A DNA stretch of 64,000 nt from NCBI GenBank assembly GCA_963819655.1, contig CAWFXA010000001.1:544001-608000 (forward strand), read 5' to 3'. This DNA is from an uncultured Chloroflexia bacterium (GTDB lineage: Bacteria > Chloroflexota > Limnocylindria > Limnocylindrales > CSP1-4). Below the pieces are notes generated by a model that was given only the letters and a program-made list of their open reading frames with translations, was not told the origin of the DNA and made no database searches. Position 1 is the first letter of the stretch. Each line of letters begins with the position of its first letter. A program made the translations under genes and the position numbers. Of the stretch, positions 26,567 to 36,129 are shown in pieces.

Positions 26567-27379
26567 CTATCGCACGGTCTCGTCGCGCTGGGTGCCGGGA
26601 TCCTGTCCCGACGTGCCCGGTCCCTCGACACGGGTCGGGGAGTCGTCTGCGGGCCCGTCCTCCGCACCCGTTTGGTGGGCGTCACCCTCCCCGGTGTCCT
26701 CCACGAGGGTGGCGAGGTCGTCATCCGGACCGACCGCGGGTGTTGGTGCTGACGGCCCTGACGTATCGGTCGGCGGCGGCGCGCCGGTGCCCGGTCCGCC
26801 TCCCTGGTTTCGCAATGCCCAGATCGCAAGAGCTGCTGCTGCGACCAACAGGATCACGATCAGCAGGATCGGCAGGCTGTCATCGCTGGCCGGCGAGGGC
26901 GTCGGCGCTGCGGAAGGTTCAGGTGTGGGCGCCGCGGTCGGCGAGGGACTGGGTGTTGGAGTCGGCTCCGGGGTCGGTGTCGGAGTCGGCTCGGGTGTGG
27001 GCTCCGGGGTCGGTGTTGGAGTCGGCTCTGGGGTGGGCTCGGGCGTCGGCGTCGGCTCCGGGGTAGGCGTCGGCTCCGGGGTCGGCGTCGGAGTCGGCTC
27101 GGGTGTGGGCTCCGGTGTCGCTTCCGGTGTGGGCTCGGGTGTCGCTTCTGGTGTGGGCTCCGGTGTGGGTCGGTCGGAGCGTTCCGGCAACGTGGGCACT
27201 GGCGGCAGCGATGGCAGGCCCGACGGCAGCGTTGGCAGGCCCGACGGCACGGGCACACCATCGCATGCTGCGGCGACGAGGCCGACGCACGCGAGCACAA
27301 AGACGATCGCCGCTTGCGCGGCGTGCAAGCGACGTCGCCTGGGCGGCCGCCCCAGCGGCAGATGTCGAGGGCTATCCAT
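26567..27379 (-). CDS. Pro/Thr/Glu-repeat membrane-anchored protein, putative lipoprotein
   Basis: Lipobox-like VAAAC; long (PTPE/PTPT)n tract; TM helix [21 protein letters not shown]; acidic tail. Confidence 0.7.
   Translation of the reverse strand: MDSPRHLPLGRPPRRRRLHAAQAAIVFVLACVGLVAAACDGVPVPSGLPTLPSGLPSLPPVPTLPERSDRPTPEPTPEATPEPTPEATPEPTPEPTPTPTPEPTPTPEPTPTPEPTPEPTPTPTPEPTPEPTPTPTPEPTPTPSPSPTAAPTPEPSAAPTPSPASDDSLPILLIVILLVAAAALAIWALRNQGGGPGTGAPPPTDTSGPSAPTPAVGPDDDLATLVEDTGEGDAHQTGAEDGPADDSPTRVEGPGTSGQDPGTQRDETVR
26950..27172 (-). repeat. Coding low-complexity tandem repeats (PTPE/PTPT)
   Basis: Repeated ggctccggggtcgg/gtgtggg units. Confidence 0.85.
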
Positions 27380-27462
27380 CGGCGAAGGGAACTCCGAACC
27401 GGACCGCTTTGCGATCGGCCTGACCAGTCAGTCGATCAGGCGCCGCGGCGGGTCGACCGCGG

Positions 27463-27756
27463 TCAAGCCAGCAGCTTCGCCTTCGCCGCAGCGAACTCCT
27501 CGTCGGTGAGGACGCCGGCCGCCTTGAGCGACCCGAGCTTCTCGAGCTCGGCGGTCAAGTCCATTGCCGGGGCTGCCTGCGGAGGCGCTGCAGCCATGCT
27601 CGCATCGTAGGCGGCTTGCTCCTGCGCCTGCTGCTGCTCGGCTTGGTTCGCGTACTTCTGCTCCTGATGGTGTCGGACCGCGCCCGCCGTCCCGGCCACG
27701 ACCGCGGTGGTCGCGGCCATTCGAACGAGTCCTGGGCCCCTGCGTCGTCGCATCAT
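27463..27756 (-). CDS. SHOCT-domain protein
   Basis: [22 protein letters not shown]...[27 protein letters not shown]. Confidence 0.85.
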   Translation of the reverse strand: MMRRRRGPGLVRMAATTAVVAGTAGAVRHHQEQKYANQAEQQQAQEQAAYDASMAAAPPQAAPAMDLTAELEKLGSLKAAGVLTDEEFAAAKAKLLA

Positions 27757-27800
27757 GATGGTCGTGCTCCCGTGCTTCTCAGTCGGTCGATGGTCCCGGA

Positions 27801-28241
27801 TCAGGCTTCGGCGCCGACCGGTGTCTTCGCATAGTCGATCGCTGCCTCGACAAGGTCGCGCGGGACACGCTGAAGATCCACGACGACGCCGCCGGCGTTT
27901 CGGACGGCGTCGGAGAATTTCGTGGCCCACAGGTCCTCCCAGACCATGACGAGCGCCGACGAGTCCGGATCGAGGGCCGCCCCGATCTCCGCCATGTCGT
28001 TGTCGCTGATCAGGCCATCACGCTGGTGCGTGATCGCCTCGAAGGCCCGAAGGACTTCCGAGCCGGCGTCCTCGAGCTCGAAGCCAGCCACTTTACCGTC
28101 CCGATCCTTGAGGACGAAGGCCAGGTCGATGATCCGGATCGTGCCCGACTTGACGAGTTCCTCGAGTGCGGGCGCGATCTCACCCTTGAACTTGTTGCCG
28201 GGGAATGCCACGACCCCGTACTCCACTGGTCCGATGCCCAT
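27801..28241 (-). CDS. DUF6325/DUF1269-like protein
   Basis: GPVEY..FPG, GTIRIIDL, WEDLWA pattern; AGGAG RBS. Confidence 0.75.
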   Translation of the reverse strand: MGIGPVEYGVVAFPGNKFKGEIAPALEELVKSGTIRIIDLAFVLKDRDGKVAGFELEDAGSEVLRAFEAITHQRDGLISDNDMAEIGAALDPDSSALVMVWEDLWATKFSDAVRNAGGVVVDLQRVPRDLVEAAIDYAKTPVGAEA

Positions 28242-28323
28242 CGTGCTGCTCCTTCCGATCGAATCACCTTCGCTGTAGCAGGTGTGTCCTACCATGAATC
28301 TGCAGGAGGACCGTCACGGCGCA

Positions 28324-28340
28324 TCACCCGCCCCGGGTGA
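28324..28340. promoter_or_regulatory. 17-bp palindromic box 1, TCACCCGCCCCGGGTGA
   Basis: Upstream of the DUF6325-like gene; CAGATT 21 nt downstream on the minus strand. Confidence 0.75.
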
Positions 28341-28351
28341 AGGCCATGAGG

Positions 28352-28705
28352 TTAGTGCACTCGCTCGTCAGGCGCCGGGCCTCCGACCACCTGCTCCTCG
28401 AGCGCCGCTTCGACGTCGTATCCGATGGCAAGCCCCAGCTTCGGCGCGGCCGCGACCACGTGCGCGGTCCCAACGAGCGGTGCTGCCGCGATGAGGATCT
28501 CAACGAGCTCATCCTCGGTCGCTCCGGCCGCCAGCGCCACGCCGGCGGTGGTTTCGAAGGCGGTGCCGGGACCATCAACGGCGATCAGCACGGCAAGATC
28601 GAGCATCGCCCGCGTCTTCCTGTCGAGCGCCACGAGGGGCAGGTGCAAGACCCGTTCCGTGTCGTTCATCGACAGGCGCCGGAGCTTTTCTTCGTGCGGA
28701 CGCAC
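28352..28705 (-). CDS. Carboxymuconolactone decarboxylase (CMD/AhpD)-like protein
   Basis: LDRKTRAMLDLAVLIA...ALAAGATEDELVE; no CxxC. Confidence 0.75.
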   Translation of the reverse strand: MRPHEEKLRRLSMNDTERVLHLPLVALDRKTRAMLDLAVLIAVDGPGTAFETTAGVALAAGATEDELVEILIAAAPLVGTAHVVAAAPKLGLAIGYDVEAALEEQVVGGPAPDERVH

Positions 28706-28777
28706 CGCCCGGCCTCTCGTAGACGCGACGGATCCCGTCGCACCTAGATATCAAGTCACCAGGCATTCGGCACGGCA

Positions 28778-28794
28778 TCATCACAATGGGGTGA
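28778..28794. promoter_or_regulatory. Palindromic box 2, TCATCACAATGGGGTGA
   Basis: Upstream of the CMD gene. Confidence 0.6.
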
Positions 28795-28822
28795 CGGCCC
28801 ACCACCGGAGCACGGTCGGGCG

Positions 28823-31219
28823 TTACCGCCGCTCCACGGTTGCGCCGGGAGGGACCGAGCCATGATCCGCGATGGGCATCAGCTCGGTCGGCGTCTCGGC
28901 GCGGCGGTCGCCATGGAACGCGGGGTCGCGCAATGGATCAGTCAAGCCGATGGTCGCCGCCCGCGCGATGGCATCCCCGCGCGACGACACGTCGAGCTTC
29001 CGGTAGATCGACATCGTCTGGCTCTTGATGGTGTTGGATGACACACCGATCCGTTCACCGATCTCGCGGAACGACAAATAGGTCGAGAGGTATGGCAACA
29101 GGCGCAACTCCGCCGCCGTCAGCGCCGACGCCCCAACGACGACTGATGCCGCCGCGGCCGCCTGCTCTCGAAGGGTCACGATGTCGCGGGCGAGCCGGCC
29201 GAATGGCGGGAACTGGCTCAGGATGTCATTCGCCTCGCGCAACAGAGTCCGAGTCCCGGCGGCGTCGGACTGCGCCAAGGCCAGACGCGCGAGCTCGATA
29301 TCGGTCCCGACGGCAAGCCATGGGACGGCCACCGACAAGCCCGCCCGCAGCCGATGGGCGTGGGCCTGGTCCCTGGCCGCCTGGATCCGGTTTCCACGGC
29401 GCGTCGCGACGCGGGCAGTTAGGGCGAAGACAAGGCTCATGAGCGCGAGCTCGTTCAGTGAGTTGCTCAGGACGACATCGCGTGCCGTTGCGCTCAGCGC
29501 CTCGGCCCGCGCCCAGTCCCCGCGTTCGATGGCGATCATCGCTCGATAGGCCAGCGCGAGCGCTCGGCTCGACGCGGCGACCGGCGGGATCGATGCGCGA
29601 TCGGCCTCGGCCAGGGTCGCGTCCGCGGTCAGGTCATCACCGGCAAGATAGTGAGCAACCCCCAGGATGCCCAGCGCGGCCGTTCTCCTGGTGCTGAGCG
29701 ACGGGATCTGATCGACGGCGATCGCGGCATCCGCGAGCATCGACGCCGCTCCGTTCTGGGCCATGATCGCGCGACTCAACGCCAGCCAGGCGTGGATCGA
29801 ACCGCTCCCGTCGGACATCGGTCCGACGAATTCGGTCGAGGTCGCCATGTGCATCCACTGCCCCGCGCGTGATGGATCGCCGACCAGTGCGAAATAGATC
29901 GCCCCGATGACCGCGACATCGGGGTGGCGACCCATCCATGGAGCCGCCTCGACCTCGTCGAACCAGCGCTGAACGGTCGCGACGTTGCCAGCATTGAAGG
30001 CGGTCTGCGTGTGGGTCACGAGCAGGCGCGCCAAGCGTGTCTCGTCCCCAGCCAGTCGCGCGCAGTCGATGGCCTCGCCCGGGGCGCCGTGCTCCTCGAG
30101 CCAGATCGAGGCGTTGGTCGCCAGTCGGGCGATGTCGTCCGTATCGTTGCTCTCGAGGTCGGCCCGCAACAGGTCGCGAAGAAGGTGATGTTGGCGGTAC
30201 CAGACACCGCGATCGTCGAGTGGCACCATGAAGCGGTTGGCACTCTCGAGCGCCGACAGGATCGCAGCGGAGTCTGTCCGGCCGAGGACCGCATCGCACA
30301 ACGGCCCGCTCATCCGCTCCAGGAATGACGTCCGACGCAGGAACGCGACAAGATCCGGGCCGAGCGGCTCGACGATCTCGGATCTGATATACCGGGCGAT
30401 GCCGCGTGAGGTCCCTGTCAGACCGTGCGTCGTCAGGTCGCCGCGGTCGGCTGTCGCCAGGATCCCGAGGTACAGCCCGGCGAGCCAGCCCTCGGCCTGC
30501 TGGTTGAGCATCGCCGCGGTCGCCTGGTCCATCCCATGATCGATGGCCTCCGCGAGCGCGAACGCCTCCTGATCGTCGAGTGCGAGATCCGTCGAATCGA
30601 GCTCGAGAACGGTTCCCGCGACCCGCCGACGCGACAGCGCGATGGGTGGCGATGCACGGCTCGCTAGCACCAGCCGTGAGCCAGGGGGCAGGAGATCGGG
30701 CAGGGCTGTGAGCGCGTCCGCTGCTGACCCGGGGGCGAGGGTGTCCGCGTCGTCGACGAACAGGACGAGGGCTGGATGATGCTCGAGCGCTGTACTCAAA
30801 CGGGTGACGGCGGACCACGGCGAGATCGCCGGAGCGGCTAGCGCCTGGAAGACCTTCTTGTCGATCGGTCGGACGAGGTGGAGCGCCGCGGCGAGGAGGC
30901 TGACGAGTGTGGCGGGGTCGTCGTCGTGGGCGTCGAGCGAAACCCATGCCACGGCGCGCTGTTCATGGGCTGCGGCTTGGGCCAGGAACGTGGTCTTGCC
31001 ATATCCGGCGGGCGCCGAGACCCACACGACCGTGGCAGGCGAGGCCGCCAGTCGTTCCAGGAGCGCCCGACGCGTGACACTCCCGGCGCGCACCGGGGGC
31101 GGAACAGTCTTGGCCTGGACGCGGACCGCCGGGATGCCGGGTAGATGGGGGGCACGCGGGCTAGAGCGTGTGACAGCTGCGATGAATGCCTCCCCACGCG
31201 CGCCTGCAGATTCTCGCAC
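28823..31219 (-). CDS. MalT-like LuxR-family STAND transcriptional regulator (start uncertain)
   Basis: APAGYGKT Walker A; AWVSLD; VDD; EGW; C-terminal LTAAELRLL..SIYRKLDVSSR LuxR HTH. Confidence 0.9.
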   Translation of the reverse strand: MRESAGARGEAFIAAVTRSSPRAPHLPGIPAVRVQAKTVPPPVRAGSVTRRALLERLAASPATVVWVSAPAGYGKTTFLAQAAAHEQRAVAWVSLDAHDDDPATLVSLLAAALHLVRPIDKKVFQALAAPAISPWSAVTRLSTALEHHPALVLFVDDADTLAPGSAADALTALPDLLPPGSRLVLASRASPPIALSRRRVAGTVLELDSTDLALDDQEAFALAEAIDHGMDQATAAMLNQQAEGWLAGLYLGILATADRGDLTTHGLTGTSRGIARYIRSEIVEPLGPDLVAFLRRTSFLERMSGPLCDAVLGRTDSAAILSALESANRFMVPLDDRGVWYRQHHLLRDLLRADLESNDTDDIARLATNASIWLEEHGAPGEAIDCARLAGDETRLARLLVTHTQTAFNAGNVATVQRWFDEVEAAPWMGRHPDVAVIGAIYFALVGDPSRAGQWMHMATSTEFVGPMSDGSGSIHAWLALSRAIMAQNGAASMLADAAIAVDQIPSLSTRRTAALGILGVAHYLAGDDLTADATLAEADRASIPPVAASSRALALAYRAMIAIERGDWARAEALSATARDVVLSNSLNELALMSLVFALTARVATRRGNRIQAARDQAHAHRLRAGLSVAVPWLAVGTDIELARLALAQSDAAGTRTLLREANDILSQFPPFGRLARDIVTLREQAAAAASVVVGASALTAAELRLLPYLSTYLSFREIGERIGVSSNTIKSQTMSIYRKLDVSSRGDAIARAATIGLTDPLRDPAFHGDRRAETPTELMPIADHGSVPPGATVERR

Positions 31220-31396
31220 TGATTGTCAAATCAACGACGCCTCTTGATAAGCCTGCGGGCCCCCCGTTTTCGCGACATTACCGATCGTCATCGCGAAATC
31301 ACAGGTCGTCATGTCGGTTCTCGCGGGGCCGCGTGATGGCGAGGGTCAGTTGGCGGTGCGCACCAGCGAGCGGACCCACGTCATCGAACGCTCGCG

Positions 31397-31780
31397 CTAG
31401 TCGGTCGTCGATGACCGCCCCGCGGGTGGCATCGCTCCGTTGCCACGCCGCCGCCAGGGAAGGGCTCCCTCCAGCTCGATCTCGAGCGAGAAACTCAGGA
31501 AGGTCCTGACCAACACGATGATGCCAAGGATGGCCGCGCTCTGGAGCGTCGGATCGATCGTGACGGTCAGGATGATGTCGGCGATGATCAAGATCTCGAG
31601 GCCCAGGAGGATCGACCGGCCGACGTTTCGGCGCACGGATTGATAGGCGACCGAGCGCCTACCCTGAGCGAGGAGCAAGCCCCCGCCGACCAGGGCGACG
31701 ACCGAACCCACCGCGAGCACCGCGACACCCGCGATCTCGAACACCTTGACCACGGTGTCCATCCCTTCCTGGAATGTCAT
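31397..31780 (-). CDS. DUF1622-like membrane protein
   Basis: GRSILLGLEILIIADII..IVLVRTFLSFSLE. Confidence 0.8.
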   Translation of the reverse strand: MTFQEGMDTVVKVFEIAGVAVLAVGSVVALVGGGLLLAQGRRSVAYQSVRRNVGRSILLGLEILIIADIILTVTIDPTLQSAAILGIIVLVRTFLSFSLEIELEGALPWRRRGNGAMPPAGRSSTTD

Positions 31781-31811
31781 GAGTACTCCTTGATGGGGAC
31801 CATGGCGCCGG

Positions 31812-32825
31812 TCACGACGGCCTGACGATGCACCGGAACCCGATGTGGCCCGTGCTCGTGTCGACGGTCTCGGCCTGGCGGGCAGCCGGGCGGTAGCGCA
31901 GGCAGTAGTTCGGTGCGCACAGGTGCGAGCCGCCCTTCATCACCCGGCGCGGGATGTGTTCGCCGGGCTGACCGACGCCGAATGACATCTCCGGCGACGA
32001 CGTCCGCGGGTTGTGTGGCGCGCAGCACGAGTGCTCCGCCGGGTCGCTATGGCGGGGCGTGAAGAAATCATCCGTCCACTCCCAGACGTTACCGGCCATG
32101 TCGTACAGGCCGTATCTGTTCGGTGGGAACGAGCGCACCGGCGACGTCCCCTCGAAGCCGTCCTCGAGGGTGTTCTGCCAGGGAAACTCGCCCTGCCAGG
32201 TATTGGCCAACATGCGGCCCTTCGGGGCGAACTCGTCGCCCCACACGAAGCGCGCCCCATCGATGCCCCCACGCGCAGCGAACTCCCATTCGGCCTCGGT
32301 AGCGAGCGCCTTGCCGGCCCACGTCGCGTACGCCTCGGCGTCCTCGAAGGCGACCTGGGTGACCGGATGACGGTCGCGCCCCACGATCGTGCTGTCGGGT
32401 CCCTCGGGCCGGCGCCAGCTGGCGCCGGGCACATAGGCCCACCAGTTGTGGACGTCGGTCAGGTCGACCGGACCCCGTGTCCGCTGGAAGACGAGCGCGC
32501 CGGGGACCAAAGCCGCCGGGTCGGCGCCCGGGAAGTCGGCCGGGTCCAGCGGGCGCTCGGCGACCGTGACGTAGCCGGTCGCCTTCACGAACCGGCGGAA
32601 GTCGGCGACCGTGACCGGATGCTCGTCCATCCAGAACCCGTCGACGCTGACCGGGTGGACCGGTCGCTCTTCGGGGTAGAACTCGTCGGAGCCCATGAGG
32701 AACGTGCCACCGGGGATCCAGGCCATGTTCTTGGCCGGCGCCTGGACGGCTCCTCCATCATTCACCTGGCTCGGGCCATGACCTTCTGCTAGGGGCCCCT
32801 GGAGGACGGCTGGCCGGGCGATCAC
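31812..32825 (-). CDS. Formylglycine-generating enzyme (sulfatase maturase; start uncertain)
   Basis: TEAEWEFAARGG, GNVWEW, KGGSHLCAPNYCLRYRPAAR, GFRC. Confidence 0.92.
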   Translation of the reverse strand: MIARPAVLQGPLAEGHGPSQVNDGGAVQAPAKNMAWIPGGTFLMGSDEFYPEERPVHPVSVDGFWMDEHPVTVADFRRFVKATGYVTVAERPLDPADFPGADPAALVPGALVFQRTRGPVDLTDVHNWWAYVPGASWRRPEGPDSTIVGRDRHPVTQVAFEDAEAYATWAGKALATEAEWEFAARGGIDGARFVWGDEFAPKGRMLANTWQGEFPWQNTLEDGFEGTSPVRSFPPNRYGLYDMAGNVWEWTDDFFTPRHSDPAEHSCCAPHNPRTSSPEMSFGVGQPGEHIPRRVMKGGSHLCAPNYCLRYRPAARQAETVDTSTGHIGFRCIVRPS

Positions 32826-32831
32826 ATTCCC

Positions 32832-35198
32832 CTATTGCCGAGCCATGGCCAGCCTAAATCGCTCCTCCGGGGTGATCAGGTGGTCGATGTCCTCGGCGGC
32901 CTCGTTGATGTCCAGCTGGACCCAGCGGATCCGTCCGTTGAATTTGCTGTCGCGTGGCTCGTAGTCGTCGCTGACCGGTGTGGCGCTGTCCCAGCCCACG
33001 TCGGTCGTCTCGTCGCCCGAGAACATCATCGGCACAGTCCCATCAACGCGCCCTTCGCCGACCTTGTTCCCGTCGACGTACAGCGTGACGTCGCCACCCT
33101 TGGCAAGCCCGCCGCCGTCGTACGTGAATTCCATCCTGACCTGGTGCTCGCCTGACGGGATGTCCGACTCGCCGTACGTCTTGAACCGTTGCAACCCGAA
33201 GAGGTTGTAGCAGTAGGCGGGTTTCCCGTCCTTCGCGTAGAGGGCAAAGCCTCCGAACGCGCCTCCCTGCGACACGATCACACCGTTCGCGGTGACGCCG
33301 TCCTCGATCGTGATCTCGGCAGTCACGGCATGTGACTTGTTCTTGATGTTGACGACAGAGTTCTCCGATAGCCGGCCCATCCCCCCGAAGAGCATCTGGG
33401 AATTGCCCCGGATGAGGCTGGGTCGACCCGCCAGGTCGGGGTTGAAGCGCTCGGCCCTCCGGTCGTCGAGCGGGAGGACGTTGTACTTGGTCGCTTCGAT
33501 GAGGAACAGGCGCTGCAGTCGAGCGAGTTGCTCCGACTGCTCGGCCGCCAGGTCACGAGACTGGGTCCAGTCGTCCGGCGCGTACAACTCCCATCGATCG
33601 TCATCGAGCGGAGGATTTTGGGCTAGGAGCCATGGGATGCTGTGGCGGGTCACCGCCGTCCAGCCCTGGTGGTAGATCCCGCGATTCACGAACATCTCGA
33701 AGTACTGGGTCGGTCGGTGCTCGGCGGCTTGGGCGTCGTCAAAGGCAGGCCGCATGCTTCGCCCGTGCATCGGCATCTGCTGGATACCGTGCACGAACGT
33801 TGGTTCGGGTAGGCCGGCCGCATCGAGGACGGTCGGCGCCAGGTCGATGACATGGCTGAACTGGCTGCGGATCTCGCCGCGCGCCTTGAAGCCGGACGGC
33901 CAGTGGACGATCGTCCCGTTGCGGGTGCCGCCCCAGTGCGACGCCACTTGCTTGGTCCACTGGTACGGAGTATCCATCGCATGCGCCCAGCCGACCGCGT
34001 AGTGGTTGTAGGCGTCGGGCGTCCCGAACTTGTCGATCCGGGCCATCAGGAACTCCGGCGTCTCGATCGTGGTGACCCCGTTCAGCGGCATCAGCTCGTT
34101 GAATGTCCCGTTCGGAGTTCCCTCGGCAGAGGCACCGTTATCGCCGATGATGTAGTAGACGAGCGTGTCGTCGAGGACCTCGAGGTCGGCGAGGGCGTCG
34201 ATCAGGCGGCCGACGTGGTGATCGGTGTGCTCGAGGAAACCGGCGTACACCTCCATCTGCCGCGCGAGGATCGGCTTCATCTCCGCCGGCATGTCCGCCC
34301 AGGCCGGGATCTCGGGGGGACGCGCCGTCAGTTCGGCGTCGGGCGGGATGACGCCAAGCTCCTTCTGGCGGGCGTATGTCTTCTTCCGGAGCTCGTCCCA
34401 ACCCTGGTCGAACTTGCCCTTGTAGCGGTCCGACCACTCGGGCCGGACATGATGTGGCGCGTGGGTCGCGCCCGGCGCAAAGTAGATGAAGAACGGCTTG
34501 TCCGCCATGAGCGCCTTCTGCTGGCGGACCCAATCGATCGCCTGATCGGTCATGTCCTCAGTGAAGTGATAGCCCTCTTCGGGCGTCCGGTCCTGCTCCA
34601 CCGGAACCGTGTTCTTATAGATCGCCGGCGCGTACTGGTTCGTCTCGCCGCCGATGAAGCCGTAGAAATATTCGAACCCGCCGCCGCCAGAGGGCCAGTT
34701 GTCGAACGGCCCCATCGGCGAGGTCTGCCAGACCGGGACCTCATGGCACTTTCCGAACTGGGCCGTGGAGTAACCGTTGAGCTTCAGCGTCTCGGCCAGC
34801 GGAGCGGCAGACTTCGGACGAAGTGAGCTGTAGCCGGGCGCCGACGTGGCGATCTCGGTGATCCCGCCCATCCCTATCGCGTGATGGTTGCGCCCGCTCA
34901 AGAGAGCTGCCCTCGTGGGCGAGCACAGGGCCGTCGTGTGGAAGCGGTTGAACTTCACGCCATTGGCGGCCAGACGTTCGGCCGTAGGGGTGAAGATCGG
35001 ACCGCCGAAGGCAGAGGAGGCGCCGAAGCCGGTGTCGTCGATGAGCACGACCAGCACGTTGGGTGCACCCTTGGGCGGTCGGAGCTCGCGGATCGGCGGA
35101 TAGCTCGTGTCCGGGTCCTTGGCATCGTAGGTCGTAAGTCCGACGTGCGTCCCGTCCGGGATCGGCAGCACGCTTCGCTGGATAGCGTCGTCGCTCAT
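32832..35198 (-). CDS. Arylsulfatase (Cys-type), no signal peptide
   Basis: PNVLVVLIDD, LCSPTRAALLSGR, GDNG. Confidence 0.93.
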   Translation of the reverse strand: MSDDAIQRSVLPIPDGTHVGLTTYDAKDPDTSYPPIRELRPPKGAPNVLVVLIDDTGFGASSAFGGPIFTPTAERLAANGVKFNRFHTTALCSPTRAALLSGRNHHAIGMGGITEIATSAPGYSSLRPKSAAPLAETLKLNGYSTAQFGKCHEVPVWQTSPMGPFDNWPSGGGGFEYFYGFIGGETNQYAPAIYKNTVPVEQDRTPEEGYHFTEDMTDQAIDWVRQQKALMADKPFFIYFAPGATHAPHHVRPEWSDRYKGKFDQGWDELRKKTYARQKELGVIPPDAELTARPPEIPAWADMPAEMKPILARQMEVYAGFLEHTDHHVGRLIDALADLEVLDDTLVYYIIGDNGASAEGTPNGTFNELMPLNGVTTIETPEFLMARIDKFGTPDAYNHYAVGWAHAMDTPYQWTKQVASHWGGTRNGTIVHWPSGFKARGEIRSQFSHVIDLAPTVLDAAGLPEPTFVHGIQQMPMHGRSMRPAFDDAQAAEHRPTQYFEMFVNRGIYHQGWTAVTRHSIPWLLAQNPPLDDDRWELYAPDDWTQSRDLAAEQSEQLARLQRLFLIEATKYNVLPLDDRRAERFNPDLAGRPSLIRGNSQMLFGGMGRLSENSVVNIKNKSHAVTAEITIEDGVTANGVIVSQGGAFGGFALYAKDGKPAYCYNLFGLQRFKTYGESDIPSGEHQVRMEFTYDGGGLAKGGDVTLYVDGNKVGEGRVDGTVPMMFSGDETTDVGWDSATPVSDDYEPRDSKFNGRIRWVQLDINEAAEDIDHLITPEERFRLAMARQ

Positions 35199-35275
35199 CT
35201 GGATCTCTTACCTCCGGATCGCCGTCGCAGCGACCACTACGAAGGCATCGTCGACGTGCGTCACGACCGCGCGCA

Positions 35276-35292
35276 TCACCCTGTTGGGATGC
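35276..35292. promoter_or_regulatory. Palindromic box 3, TCACCCTGTTGGGATGC
   Basis: About 78 bp upstream of the sulfatase start. Confidence 0.6.
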
Positions 35293-35359
35293 TGTCAGCA
35301 AGGTTGCTGTGCCTGCAGGGTCGATGTCGAGGGCTGACCGTCGTGAAGCCCGTAGGCCA

Positions 35360-36079
35360 TCAGGTCGGCGGGCTGTTCAGGACCGGCAGCAGGAAGCCGA
35401 CCGCGGTGGCCGCCCCGGCGAGCGCACCGCCGCGCTCGTAGGCGAACGGCATCAATGAATTCGTGAGCATCGCGAGCAGGCCCCCGGCGGCGATAGCAGC
35501 CGCTCGATCGCCCATGGCGTCAACGGCGACCTGTGTGACGAGGAAGCCCAGCGCGGCGGCGATGCCGCAGGCGAGGACCACCACACCCCAGAGCTGTGCG
35601 AGCTTGGCGGCACTCCAGCCGGCCGCCCTGAGGTCGGCCGATGGGGCGATGGCCTGCGGGATGTTCGACACGAAGACGGCCGTGAGGAAACTCGGGCTTA
35701 CCGTGAGGCCGGCACCGATCTGGATGCCGAAGATGATCGACTCGGGGACGCCGTCGACGACCGAGCCGACCACGATCCCCATCGACGCACCGGCTCCTTC
35801 CGTGCCGAACCGCTTCTCGACCACCGCGTCGCCAACGAGGAAGATGGTGACGCCGAGGAGCGTCCACAAGGCCATCTCCGCCCCGCTGATGTTCGTCTGA
35901 GCCTCGGGGATCAGCTCGAAGGCGATCGCCGCGATCAAGGCGCCACCACCGAACCCGGCCAGGATGCCGATCAGGCGGGTCGGCACGGTGATCCAGCAGA
36001 CCGCCAATCCGGCCAGGAACAGCGACGACTGGGCGATCAGGCCTAATCCGAACGCCTCGAGCAGCATCTGCGCCTCCAT
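35360..36079 (-). CDS. ZIP/GufA-like membrane transporter
   Basis: DGVPES and SNIPQ (ZIP-like TM4/TM5); about 7 TM helices. Confidence 0.75.
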   Translation of the reverse strand: MEAQMLLEAFGLGLIAQSSLFLAGLAVCWITVPTRLIGILAGFGGGALIAAIAFELIPEAQTNISGAEMALWTLLGVTIFLVGDAVVEKRFGTEGAGASMGIVVGSVVDGVPESIIFGIQIGAGLTVSPSFLTAVFVSNIPQAIAPSADLRAAGWSAAKLAQLWGVVVLACGIAAALGFLVTQVAVDAMGDRAAAIAAGGLLAMLTNSLMPFAYERGGALAGAATAVGFLLPVLNSPPT

Positions 36080-36112
36080 GTCGGAGTGTGCGCCCCGCCC
36101 GTGTAGGGTCCG

Positions 36113-36129
36113 TCACCCGTTTCAGGCGA
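36113..36129. promoter_or_regulatory. Palindromic box 4, TCACCCGTTTCAGGCGA
   Basis: CACACT 22 nt downstream, then ATG 5 nt later (leaderless). Confidence 0.6.

Noticed and set aside
26950-27172. Repeat array that could be mistaken for a CRISPR or non-coding VNTR
   Set aside because: Units are degenerate codons for PTPE/PTPT inside an ORF, with no unique spacers and no cas genes.
31220-31396. Autoregulatory palindrome upstream of the MalT-like gene
   Set aside because: No 17-bp match seen, so linking the motif to this regulator rests on proximity and family knowledge only.
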